A stretch of 64,000 nucleotides of DNA from Nanobdellota archaeon (GCA_038044745.1 JBBSZK010000002.1:110938-174937), one strand, 5' to 3'; shown: positions 1 to 9,092, counted from the first letter of the stretch. The notes: generated from the letters alone by a model not told the origin. Made by a program: numbers and translations.

Positions 1-255
1 GTCGCAGGGTTATACACGCACGACCCGCGAAAAAAACCGAAGGCAAAACTTATCTCGTACCAGACATGGAATGAATTTGAAAAGCGAGCGAGAGCAATAC
101 GCTACAAACCAGGACAACATTTTGTACTTGACCAAAAAGCAGCACAACGCATACAAAAGAAAAAAATAAAAACCTATATCATTGGCAAAGACGCAAACAA
201 CCTGGATATGCTCTTACGCGAAAAAGAATTCAAAGGAACGACGATAGGCCCATGA
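1..255 (+). CDS. pyrH: UMP kinase, C-terminal part (5'-truncated by window edge)
   Basis: Frame 1 reads VAGLYTHDPRK...YKPGQHFVLDQKAA...FKGTTIGP*, matching the archaeal UMP kinase C-terminus; stop overlaps next ATG (ATGA 252-255). Confidence 0.85.
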   Translation, partial: VAGLYTHDPRKKPKAKLISYQTWNEFEKRARAIRYKPGQHFVLDQKAAQRIQKKKIKTYIIGKDANNLDMLLREKEFKGTTIGP

Positions 256-638
256 AAGAAAGAAAAGCATTCGTAATGCATGACGAAAAAGAAACGAGAA
301 AGGCCCTCGAAAGCGGCAAGATACGCGTAATAAGTGACCTTGAGTCAAGCAGAAGAGCCGATAAAGTGAAACACCTCGAAAGCGGTTTGACACCCGTACT
401 TGCACGTATAGCAGCAGATAAAAAGGTCGCAATCGGATGGAACCTCGAAACACTCAAAAAGAAAAAGAAACATGAGAGAGCAGTCGTGCTTGCACGCATG
501 CGTCAAAACATAAAACTTGCACGAAAAGCGGGTGCGTCTCTTGCAATACGGGGCGACGCTCAAGAAGGAGCCTATCTCCTCCTTTCTCTGGGGGCATCAA
601 CAAAACAGGTACGCGACCTGCGAACACAATCTTTTTAA
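252..638 (+). CDS. RNase P subunit p30 (Rpp30)-like protein, short form
   Basis: GLTPVLARIAADKKVAIGWNL...LARMRQNIKLARKAG resembles the Rpp30 C-terminal half. Confidence 0.65.
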   Translation: MKERKAFVMHDEKETRKALESGKIRVISDLESSRRADKVKHLESGLTPVLARIAADKKVAIGWNLETLKKKKKHERAVVLARMRQNIKLARKAGASLAIRGDAQEGAYLLLSLGASTKQVRDLRTQSF

Positions 639-660
639 CGCCGACGCTCGTAAAACTTCC

Positions 661-2160
661 ATGACCGAACTCCTCGATTCATTATCTCCGATTGAAAGAA
701 AAATTCTCCCGTTCATAGACAAGTCGTTAGAAGAAATAAAGAGAAAATCAGGTCTCGACGAGACCTCTGTGGTGCGAGCACTTAAGTTTCTGGAAAACAA
801 AAAAATAGTAACTGTTGTGGTAGAAAAGAAAAACATCGTAGATATAGGTGTCAATGGAGCATACTATAAGAAGAATCATTTGCCCGAAAGAAGACTGCTC
901 CTTTTTATTGAAAAGAACGCGTTCTGTTCAATCGAGAACGCTCAAAAAAAAGCAGGCCTTTCAGAAAACGAATTCAAGGCGGCGTTGGGAGCACTAAAAC
1001 GAAAGGCCCTCATCGAAATAGTAAATGGAAAAATGCGATTAACCGGTTCACATGAAGAAATTAGTAAAAAATTTCTCGAAGAACGATTACTAGAAGCGCT
1101 TCCCAAGGACCAAAACTCATTAACCCCCGAAGAAGCTTTTGCACTCGAGCGACTGAAAGAACGTAAAGAAATAATTGAAATACGAGAAGAGAGAAAACTT
1201 GCGTTTAAACCAACTGACCTCGGAAAATCGCTCATGCATCATACGTCCGATTCAAACCTCATAGAAGAGCTAACTCCCGAGATTATACGAGAGGGAGCTA
1301 ATGATGTAAGATTCAGGAGATATGATATTCATGCGACAGTACCGAAGCTTCAAGGGGGAAAAACGCATTTCGTCAATCAGGCACGAGAGTTTGCACGACA
1401 GCTCTGGCTCGAATTTGGATTCAAGGAAATGGAAGGACCACTCATTGACAGTTCGTTCTGGGTATTTGATGCGCTTTTCACTGCACAAGACCACCCTGTA
1501 CGAGAAATGCAAGACTCATTTTACATAAAAGGAAAAGAAGCCGAACTGCCTGCAAAAGAGCTCGTGCAGCGTGTAAAAAAGGCGCATGAAGAAGGAGTGG
1601 CGGGAAGTGCGGGCTGGAAATATGCCTGGAAGGAGGAAGAAGCAAAACGTCTCGTCATGCGCACGCACACAACCTCTCTCTCAGCAAGAACACTTGCAAC
1701 GCTTAAGGAAGAAGAGTTGCCTGCAAAATATTTTTCGATAGGAAAAGCATTTAGAAATGAAACTATAGACTGGTCTCATGGCATCGAGTTTTTTCAGACA
1801 GAGGGAATCATCGTAGCAGAAAACGTAACGTTCGTACATCTATTAGGCTACTTGAAAGCGTTCTACAAAAAAATGGGATTTGAAGAGATACGATTCAGAC
1901 CGAGTTTCTTCCCGTATACTGAACCCTCCGTTGAAGTTGATGTATTTCACAAAGAAAAGAAAATCTGGTTTGAACTCGGCGGTGCAGGCATATTTCGGCC
2001 CGAGGTAACAGAACCCCTCTTAGGTAGAACAATGCCCGTACTCGCATGGGGTCAAGGGCTTGATAGGATGATTATGGATGCCTACGGAATAAAAGACTTG
2101 CGTGAAGTGTACGCAAACGACCTCGCTTCACTTCGTTCCAAGAAGATGGGGGTACTCTAA
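661..2160 (+). CDS. pheS: Phenylalanine-tRNA ligase alpha subunit (archaeal type with N-terminal wHTH domains)
   Basis: FDALFTAQDHPVREMQDSFY, MRTHTT, FRNETID, FRPSFFPYTEPS, ELGGAGIFRPE; ATG 661 chosen as start. Confidence 0.97.
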   Translation: MTELLDSLSPIERKILPFIDKSLEEIKRKSGLDETSVVRALKFLENKKIVTVVVEKKNIVDIGVNGAYYKKNHLPERRLLLFIEKNAFCSIENAQKKAGLSENEFKAALGALKRKALIEIVNGKMRLTGSHEEISKKFLEERLLEALPKDQNSLTPEEAFALERLKERKEIIEIREERKLAFKPTDLGKSLMHHTSDSNLIEELTPEIIREGANDVRFRRYDIHATVPKLQGGKTHFVNQAREFARQLWLEFGFKEMEGPLIDSSFWVFDALFTAQDHPVREMQDSFYIKGKEAELPAKELVQRVKKAHEEGVAGSAGWKYAWKEEEAKRLVMRTHTTSLSARTLATLKEEELPAKYFSIGKAFRNETIDWSHGIEFFQTEGIIVAENVTFVHLLGYLKAFYKKMGFEEIRFRPSFFPYTEPSVEVDVFHKEKKIWFELGGAGIFRPEVTEPLLGRTMPVLAWGQGLDRMIMDAYGIKDLREVYANDLASLRSKKMGVL

Positions 2161-3789
2161 ATGGCCAAGATACGATTCAATCGACAATCATTTGAAAAAG
2201 AATTCAAACTAGACGAAAAGACTCTCAGCAGATTAAATTTATTCGGGACGACGGTGGAGACGCTCGATGCAGAAGAACTCGAACTTGAGATACCTGCCAA
2301 CCGCCCAGACCTCTTTTCACTAAAGGGGCTTATACGCGCATTTAGAGCGTTCGAAGGCAAAAAAAACAGCATGCAAAGCTATAAGCGGATAAACGCAAAA
2401 GAGTACATAGTTTTCGTTGACAAATCGGTAAAGGCTATTTGGCCACACACCTCCTGCGCCATCGTAAAAGGACTGTCCCTAACCACAGGAGATGTGCAAG
2501 AACTCGTCTCTCTTCAAGAAAAACTAAGTGCAACACTCGGACGTAACCGTAAAAAAGCAGGAATCGGAATATACCCCTTGGACAAAATAACCTTCCCGAT
2601 AACATACGAAGCACGAAAACCCGCAGATATCATCTTTCAGCCATTAGGAAGTCAAAAACCAATAACGGCGGAACACATACTCCAGAAACACCCCGTCGGT
2701 AAAGAGTACGCTTCTGTATTGAAAAACGCGATACGATATCCTATCTTTGTCGATGCACACAAAAGAATAATGTCGATGCCCCCCATTATCAATAGTGAAG
2801 AGACAGGCAGAGTAACCGAAAAAACGAAAGAGGTATTCATCGAATGTTCAGGAGTAAGTAAAAGTGCGGTAGAAAAAATGCTCGTTATTGTATGTGCGGA
2901 GCTTATTGATCGTGGAGGAACCATTTATGGGGCAACTATCAAAGATGAAATAACCTCTATCACGCCCTCATTTGAAATAAGAAATATGAAGATAAAAAAA
3001 GAAAATCTCGAAAAGCTGCTGGGGATTACCTTTTCTGAAAAAGAATTAGAAAAATTGCTTGCGCGAATGGGGCTTGAATATAAATCAAAGGAAAAGAGTG
3101 TGAGTATCCCTCCATGGAGAAATGATATTCTTCACGAAGTAGATATTGCCGAAGACGCATTGATTGCCTACGGATATAACAACCTCGAACCACACATACC
3201 CGAGATTGCAACAATCGGAGCAAGCACGTGCACTACAGCAAAAAAATCAAAGATACAAAACATTCTCAATGGGCTCGGGATGATGGAGCTATCTTCTTTG
3301 CATTTTATCACGAGAGAAGAAGCCGAGCGAATACTAGAAAAAAAACCGCTTGAACTTGAAAACCCAAGAACGGAATATGCTTTCTTAAGGCCAAACTTAA
3401 CTATTCCCCTTCTGCGCACTCTCGCAGCCAACCGAGACGTCGAATATCCGCAGCACGTATACGAAATAGGCACCATTTTCTACCCAAATGCACACCAAGA
3501 TACCGGTATTGAAGAAACAGAACATCTTGTCATAGGAATCACACCCGGTAACTTCACGAAAGCAAAGCAGATACTTGACTACTTTATGCGCATGCAAGGG
3601 ATAGAATACACTCTCAAGGAAGCCGACGTACCGGGCCTGATTGCAGGGCGCACAGGGCATATCCTTATCAACGATGAGGTAATCGGCCATATAGGGGAAG
3701 TACACCCCACTACTCTTCGAGCATGGAAACTCAAGATGCCTCTCGCCATCATAGAAATCAAGCTTGAACCTTTTCTAAAAGAAAAATAA
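2161..3789 (+). CDS. pheT: Phenylalanine-tRNA ligase beta subunit
   Basis: PANRPDL, QEKLSATLGRNRKK, SMPPIINS, PPWRNDILHEVDIAED, IGEVHP; abuts pheS. Confidence 0.97.
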   Translation: MAKIRFNRQSFEKEFKLDEKTLSRLNLFGTTVETLDAEELELEIPANRPDLFSLKGLIRAFRAFEGKKNSMQSYKRINAKEYIVFVDKSVKAIWPHTSCAIVKGLSLTTGDVQELVSLQEKLSATLGRNRKKAGIGIYPLDKITFPITYEARKPADIIFQPLGSQKPITAEHILQKHPVGKEYASVLKNAIRYPIFVDAHKRIMSMPPIINSEETGRVTEKTKEVFIECSGVSKSAVEKMLVIVCAELIDRGGTIYGATIKDEITSITPSFEIRNMKIKKENLEKLLGITFSEKELEKLLARMGLEYKSKEKSVSIPPWRNDILHEVDIAEDALIAYGYNNLEPHIPEIATIGASTCTTAKKSKIQNILNGLGMMELSSLHFITREEAERILEKKPLELENPRTEYAFLRPNLTIPLLRTLAANRDVEYPQHVYEIGTIFYPNAHQDTGIEETEHLVIGITPGNFTKAKQILDYFMRMQGIEYTLKEADVPGLIAGRTGHILINDEVIGHIGEVHPTTLRAWKLKMPLAIIEIKLEPFLKEK

Positions 3790-3873
3790 GCCCCCATTTG
3801 GCTCTGAACTTTTTAAGAACCCTCCGAGGAGGTTTCCATTTTTGTGGAACTCCATTAGCAGCTTTGAACCTGT

Positions 3874-4401
3874 TTAATCTCGTAACTTGTTATTATGCGA
3901 GTGATCTAGTTTGTTTATTTTTCCTTTGAATACTTTATCTTTAATTTCCAGCAACATTTTTTTCATTATTTTATCATTATCACTAGCGTCATCTGAATCA
4001 ACTTGATCAAACGTGTATTGCCACAGTTTTGTCTTTGACCACTTCTTTTTTAATTTTTCTGAGTCTTCCTCAATAACTGAAGGACGATATCTTGTCTTTC
4101 CTCCTCTTTCATAGCTCTTGAGAGTAAATTTAACCTTAAATCCGTGTTTAATACTGATATCTGCATGTCTTTTCTCATGAATAATTCTTTTAGCTACTAA
4201 ATCTTTATCCGGGAAAAATTCATACATCTTCTTAGAGAATTCTTCTAAATTGTGAGATTCAAAAACGACTTTATATGATTCTTTAGTTTTTTCATGAGTT
4301 TCCTCAAATTCTTCAAAAGATATTTCCCCTAAAAGATAATCCCTTAAGGTATCAACTTGTCTTTGAAAGCCTTGTTTATAGTCCATATTGAGAAACACCA
4401 T
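3874..4401 (-). CDS. AT-rich hypothetical protein with HExxH motif (possible zinc metallopeptidase)
   Basis: 175 aa ORF with RIIHEKRHAD; visibly more AT-rich than flanks; downstream of tRNA-Thr. Confidence 0.6.
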   Translation of the reverse strand: MVFLNMDYKQGFQRQVDTLRDYLLGEISFEEFEETHEKTKESYKVVFESHNLEEFSKKMYEFFPDKDLVAKRIIHEKRHADISIKHGFKVKFTLKSYERGGKTRYRPSVIEEDSEKLKKKWSKTKLWQYTFDQVDSDDASDNDKIMKKMLLEIKDKVFKGKINKLDHSHNNKLRD

Positions 4402-4451
4402 TTTTAGTATAAAAACGTTCTCTGTTAATTGAACTAGTTTAATTTGTTATA

Positions 4452-4572
4452 AGCCTCCGCCGAGGATTGAACTCGGGACCCCGTCCTATTTGGCGTTCGG
4501 TGAACCCGAACACTCGAGAACTATGTTCTCGTTGTTACCAAGGACGTACTCTAACCGCTGAGCTACGGAGGC
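4452..4572 (-). tRNA. tRNA-Thr(GGT) with 48-nt intron (4488-4535) at 37/38
   Basis: Acceptor GCCTCCG/CGGAGGC, anticodon stem CGTCC/GGACG, T-arm CCGAG-TTCAATC-CTCGG; TTGG/CCAA central helix at splice junctions. Confidence 0.95.
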
Positions 4573-4604
4573 ACATCTTCAAAAAAAGAGAGCGCTATAA
4601 AAAG

Positions 4605-4856
4605 CTACCGCTGTGTAAATAAAACAGAATCTGAACGTACCAACGAACGATTAACATTCGTATCGGGAAGCCATTCCGAACGTATCACATATCCAGTCAA
4701 AAAGGCCCCCTTATCGAACGTTCCTGAGAGCCAATGATAGTATTCGTCGATAAAAAGTTCACGAGCAGAAGCTTCATGCAATGCAAGATTACGATTGCTT
4801 ATAATAAGCAACGCAGAAATCACAAAGAGTTTCAAAAGAACCAAATAAAGTCTCAT
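4605..4856 (-). CDS. Small membrane protein
   Basis: MRLYLVLLKLFVISALLIIS hydrophobic N-terminus; C-terminal motif shared with upstream ORF. Confidence 0.7.
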   Translation of the reverse strand: MRLYLVLLKLFVISALLIISNRNLALHEASARELFIDEYYHWLSGTFDKGAFLTGYVIRSEWLPDTNVNRSLVRSDSVLFTQR

Positions 4857-4857
4857 G

Positions 4858-5151
4858 TTAAGGAGTGGTAACGTTTGACGCGCCCCATTCAAGTTTGATC
4901 GCGTTACCACTAATAGTCCCAAAATTATCAAAGACGCGCCCCAACCACGTGAAGTACACTTTCAAAAGATGTACAAGTCCGTCTAATGAAGTTAGACTAA
5001 TCCCCGGAAGAGTGCTTACATACGCAAGTGTTATCAGAAAAAATATCGCGGCAACAACAACCAAATAAGACCAAAAGTTTTGCCCCTTATTAGTCGCCTT
5101 AACGAATACAACAATCGCAATGAGTCCAATGATAATTAATGCCCAGGCCAT
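4858..5151 (-). CDS. Small membrane protein (2 TM)
   Basis: MAWALIIIGLIAIVVFVK and a second hydrophobic segment; stop 1 nt before next ATG. Confidence 0.75.
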   Translation of the reverse strand: MAWALIIIGLIAIVVFVKATNKGQNFWSYLVVVAAIFFLITLAYVSTLPGISLTSLDGLVHLLKVYFTWLGRVFDNFGTISGNAIKLEWGASNVTTP

Positions 5152-5237
5152 ATACACCTCATAAATAAAGAGTGGGGGCGATATAAAAGACTTTCGAACC
5201 GCAGTCTTTTTAAGCACTCAGAAACTCGACAACACAT

Positions 5238-5310
5238 AGCCCTGTAGTCTAGTGGTCAAGGATACGGGACTCTGGCTCCCGTGACCCAGGTTCGAATCCT
5301 GGCAGGGCTA
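5238..5310 (+). tRNA. tRNA-Gln(CTG), intronless
   Basis: AGCCCTG/CAGGGCT acceptor with A1-U72 typical of archaeal tRNA-Gln; CGGGA-CTCTGGC-TCCCG anticodon arm; GGTTCGAATCC. Confidence 0.96.
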
Positions 5311-5378
5311 TCACTATCGCGAGATAGTGTAGAACTGACAGCACTAAGAATCAAAGTTCTTTCAGCTGGCAGGGCTAT
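5299..5378 (+). repeat. 13-bp direct repeat of tRNA-Gln 3' end (att-like)
   Basis: CTGGCAGGGCTAT at 5299-5311 and 5366-5378. Confidence 0.85.
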
Positions 5379-5426
5379 ATGACTCGTTAACTAAATCTTT
5401 AAAAGGAGTTTGCAATAACTCTCCCT

Positions 5427-5867
5427 ATGGCCGATAAGCAACCAACCGCAGAACTCCGAAAAACAGATCCCAAAGAAATAGCAAGAAGAGTATCAAAAGA
5501 ATTTCCGGGGCTAACCAGGCTCCTTGCACAGAAAGTAGGCACCGAATTGCGGGTTCGAGAGGGACCACAACCAAACACATATACGTTCTTCAGAAAAACC
5601 ACTGAAGGCCCACAAGATATAGGAGTCTGCTCATACGATGATGCCAAAGGCAGAAAAGTGTACACGGGACACATTCCGGATACTATCCTTGAAGTACAAG
5701 AAGTATGTGGTATAAATCCTAACCAAACAGCACGATACGAAACACTTCGCGTCAATTTGGGAACAGGTTCCCCCGTAACCCTCAAATACAATACAAAAGC
5801 GAAAGATGAAGAAGGAAGAACAGTAGAAAAAAGAGAGGACACCTTCTCACAAATACCCTTCCCATAA
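5427..5867 (+). CDS. Hypothetical protein
   Basis: 146 aa ORF with TTTAAAA box about 25 nt upstream, between two tRNA genes. Confidence 0.7.
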   Translation: MADKQPTAELRKTDPKEIARRVSKEFPGLTRLLAQKVGTELRVREGPQPNTYTFFRKTTEGPQDIGVCSYDDAKGRKVYTGHIPDTILEVQEVCGINPNQTARYETLRVNLGTGSPVTLKYNTKAKDEEGRTVEKREDTFSQIPFP

Positions 5868-5905
5868 CACAACTCTTTTAAACCATCATCCGCATGAGAA
5901 TGCAT

Positions 5906-6082
5906 GCCCTTGTAGTCTAGTGGCCAAGGACGACGCCCTCTCGAACGGCCGAAGAAAGAGTCGATAAAGACAATTTCTTCAGTCCTCTTAGGACAGGCAC
6001 TTTCATGAACACGTACCCGGCGAGTTTACTCAAAGGGTCGTAGAGAACGGCGTAAACCCGGGTTCAAATCCCGGCAGGGGCA
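5906..6082 (+). tRNA. tRNA-Glu(CTC) with 104-nt intron (5944-6047)
   Basis: GCCCTTG/CAGGGGC acceptor, ACGCC/GGCGT anticodon stem, CCGGG-TTCAAAT-CCCGG; BHB with CTCT/AGAG helix and ACGGCC/GGTCGT outer helix. Confidence 0.95.
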
Positions 6083-6162
6083 TTGGGTATTTGTGGCATC
6101 TTCATGGGGTAGTGCCCTATCTCCTTAGGAAATAATAAATACCCTGATAAACACTTGACTAT

Positions 6163-7302
6163 GTGAAGGTCAATACGCTTAATTTTCAAGCCATTGCCAA
6201 ACAGTATGGAGCAGACTCTCAAATTGCTAAGTTCCCAGGCAGACCATATCCTTTCTATTATGGCGATGGATTAATTAATCATTTAGGAAAAATATTACGA
6301 GAATTCAACTTTAGAGGCAAGGTTCTTCTCGTTTCTAACCCAAACGTCAAGAGCCTCTTTGAAAAGCCAATAGAAAATTCGTTAAAAGCGAGCGATTATG
6401 CGTTTACGTGGGCCTTAATGGGAGAAGGAGAAAAATACAAGACATTAGAAACCGTATCGGAACTATATAAGGCCGCAGCAACCGCTAAAATGGACAAAGG
6501 CTCTATTATTGTAGCAATAGGGGGAGGAGTAGTGCAGGATGTTGCCAATTATGTCGCGTGTACATACATGCGCGGCGTAGCTTTTGTACAGATCCCCACC
6601 ACAGTACTAGGACAAGCAGATATAGGAATTGGAGGCTGCGCCATAGACCATCCTTTAGGAAAGAGTATTATTGGACAATTTTATCAACCTAAACTCGCCA
6701 TTCTTGATTCCTCTGTTTTAAAGACGCTCTCAAAATATGAAATTACAAACGGTCTCGCTGAGATAATTAACAAAGTCGCATGTTTAGGTGGACTTAAAGT
6801 AAACACGATCGCGAACGACATACAGAAAATAAAAGCAGGTGATTGGAAAATGCTCGGTTCTTACATTTTATTATCGAATAAGATAAAAAAGAAAATCATT
6901 GAAGCAGATGAAAATGGTTCTAAGGGGACTCGAATCTTGCTTGACTGGGGGCACACAATCACCCATGCGCTTGAAAAAACGCTCAATTATACAATTCCTC
7001 ACGGCATCGCATTAGGTATTGGCATGCATGGTGCGATTATCTTATCTGCAGAATTAGGACACGTTAGTCAAAAAGAAGTCGATCAATTGTACCACATAAT
7101 AAAAGTAGCTGAGCTGCCGACACATTTGCCTTCCACCGTTAATCTAGATCATCTTATAGCAAATATGGCCTTGGATCAAAAAGTAAGAGAAGGTAAAAAG
7201 AGATTTATCCTTCTCAAGGGATTCGGAAAGGCATTCATCTCAGAACCTATAGATGAGAAAGTCATTGCTAACCTTCTAAAGAGAATCCAAGAAAAGAAGT
7301 AA
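6163..7302 (+). CDS. Sugar-phosphate cyclase superfamily protein (3-dehydroquinate synthase-like, divergent)
   Basis: GEGEKYKT, AIGGGVVQD, YMRGVAFVQIPTT, GLAE, GHTITHALE, PHG, DQK motifs. Confidence 0.85.
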   Translation: MKVNTLNFQAIAKQYGADSQIAKFPGRPYPFYYGDGLINHLGKILREFNFRGKVLLVSNPNVKSLFEKPIENSLKASDYAFTWALMGEGEKYKTLETVSELYKAAATAKMDKGSIIVAIGGGVVQDVANYVACTYMRGVAFVQIPTTVLGQADIGIGGCAIDHPLGKSIIGQFYQPKLAILDSSVLKTLSKYEITNGLAEIINKVACLGGLKVNTIANDIQKIKAGDWKMLGSYILLSNKIKKKIIEADENGSKGTRILLDWGHTITHALEKTLNYTIPHGIALGIGMHGAIILSAELGHVSQKEVDQLYHIIKVAELPTHLPSTVNLDHLIANMALDQKVREGKKRFILLKGFGKAFISEPIDEKVIANLLKRIQEKK

Positions 7303-8316
7303 TTAATCCTCTAACAACCAGTTAATGGGTTTAGGCCGCGGAAGGAGCGTCATACGTTGATGTACAGGAATTTCAGCAACCGATTTGTTAAGGGGCCTAT
7401 AGGCCTTAACAGCCCGTTTTATGGATGCTTCGATAGAAATACGAGGCATAAATCCAGTATCTTTTCGTAAATCTGAAATGTCGTACACATGCGGCAAGGT
7501 AGTTAGTTGCCAACCCGCGTTTTCTTGCCAAATTTCTTGTATTGACTTAGAACGTATCTTCAATTTTATATGAAGCTGCTGTGCAATCAATTCATAATAA
7601 TGAATTGCCTTTATCACCGCAGGGTTAACCGCATTGTAAGCCTTATGAAACGTCTTTTTATTACCTGCCGCACGTAATATGATAGATGCGATATCATGAG
7701 CATCAATAAAGTTGAGCTCTATCTCCCCACCCTTACATAAGGTAAGCAACTCCCCTCGTTGTATCCGTTCTATTAAGCGAGGATCACGATTATGATCAGG
7801 TATGCACCCCAATAAAGAGTCTTCGGGGCTTAGAATATGATAAGGTCTGAGGATAGTCCAATCTACATCGTCAATAGAATGCCAAAAAGATTCAATATCT
7901 AATTTTCTATCTACATATCCGCCAAGAGCGCCTTTCTTTGCAAGTTTATGAGAACTCTTTAGAGGCAAGAGGTACTTATTACTTCGATCGTAAACAAGAA
8001 CCGTGCTTAAAATAAAGAATTGCTTTGTATAATTCTTAAAGCAAGTATAGGTTTGTTGAGCGTCTTCCTTAGAAAAGTCTGCAACATCAACTACAATATC
8101 CCACGGAGAAACCTCACTATTAATCGTATTAGCAAAACGATTAAATGCAGACTTATCTTTCCTATCGACAATTATTTGAGTAACCTTAGAAGAAATTGTG
8201 TCGTCCCGAGCCAACCCCAAGACTGTTATGGCTGCCTTTTCTTTGAGCGCTTCCGCAATAATTGCCTTCCCCAATATTCCCGTACCGCCAATGATAAGGA
8301 TGCGTTTAGTAGACAT
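7303..8316 (-). CDS. NAD-dependent epimerase/dehydratase (atypical SDR)
   Basis: ILIIGGTGILG Rossmann motif, STVLVY, YVDRK, WTILRP, FIDAHDIA. Confidence 0.85.
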   Translation of the reverse strand: MSTKRILIIGGTGILGKAIIAEALKEKAAITVLGLARDDTISSKVTQIIVDRKDKSAFNRFANTINSEVSPWDIVVDVADFSKEDAQQTYTCFKNYTKQFFILSTVLVYDRSNKYLLPLKSSHKLAKKGALGGYVDRKLDIESFWHSIDDVDWTILRPYHILSPEDSLLGCIPDHNRDPRLIERIQRGELLTLCKGGEIELNFIDAHDIASIILRAAGNKKTFHKAYNAVNPAVIKAIHYYELIAQQLHIKLKIRSKSIQEIWQENAGWQLTTLPHVYDISDLRKDTGFMPRISIEASIKRAVKAYRPLNKSVAEIPVHQRMTLLPRPKPINWLLED

Positions 8317-8366
8317 ACAACATCCAATAAGTTATACTTTATAAATAATAATCAATACCCTGCCCC

Positions 8367-8984
8367 ATGGATAATCTCGAAAAATGGAATAAGGTATACA
8401 AAAATCGTCCCCCCACCGAGCTTCCATGGTACGGCGTTCCCTTTTTAGAACATATACGGCCTTTCTTAGATACGCTGAAAAAATCAGAGTTAATTATTTT
8501 AGTAGGATGTGGTGTTGGGGACACGGTAGATAAATTGCATAAAGAGGGATTTACAAATATCATAGGAACAGATATTTCGTCTGAAGCAATTGAAAAAGCT
8601 AAGAAGAGATTCCCACATCTTTCATTTAAATACATAGGAACCGAACAGTTATCAAAAGAAAATTATAGGGAAGCCAACGTAATAGACTGGTTAAACTTTC
8701 ACCAAATTCAACCAGAACTTATAGCAGCATATTTGGGATCTTTAGCCAAAATAAGTAAGTCTCTCTATATCGCCTATTTCTACGATCCTCAACATCCATA
8801 TTCACGATCATCCATGGTCACAGGAGATCTTGTATATAATTACGAACCGCAACAAGTTGCTAACTTGTTAAAAGGGATAGAAAAAACTCAAGAATCGGTC
8901 TTTTATGTAGAGCCTAAAAAAGTGGTGGGACGTTTAGGAGATAAGCTACGAGCGGTAGCGCAAATTTACAGAAAGAAAAAATAG
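8367..8984 (+). CDS. Class I SAM-dependent methyltransferase
   Basis: WNKVY...LPW N-terminus, LVGCGVG motif I, GTDISSEAIEKAK. Confidence 0.85.
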   Translation: MDNLEKWNKVYKNRPPTELPWYGVPFLEHIRPFLDTLKKSELIILVGCGVGDTVDKLHKEGFTNIIGTDISSEAIEKAKKRFPHLSFKYIGTEQLSKENYREANVIDWLNFHQIQPELIAAYLGSLAKISKSLYIAYFYDPQHPYSRSSMVTGDLVYNYEPQQVANLLKGIEKTQESVFYVEPKKVVGRLGDKLRAVAQIYRKKK

Positions 8985-9092
8985 CCCAAAGAGGCGCGCT
9001 GGCGGACATAGAGATACAGAGGCTGGCTTTTTCAGAGAAAAATGCAATTTAGCGTCGGCAATCTAGTTCTCCACCCGCCGAAATCGAGCGGC

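Noticed and set aside
6163-7302. Plain aroB assignment
   Set aside because: Several substrate-binding residues differ and no shikimate genes are adjacent, so the symbol was withheld
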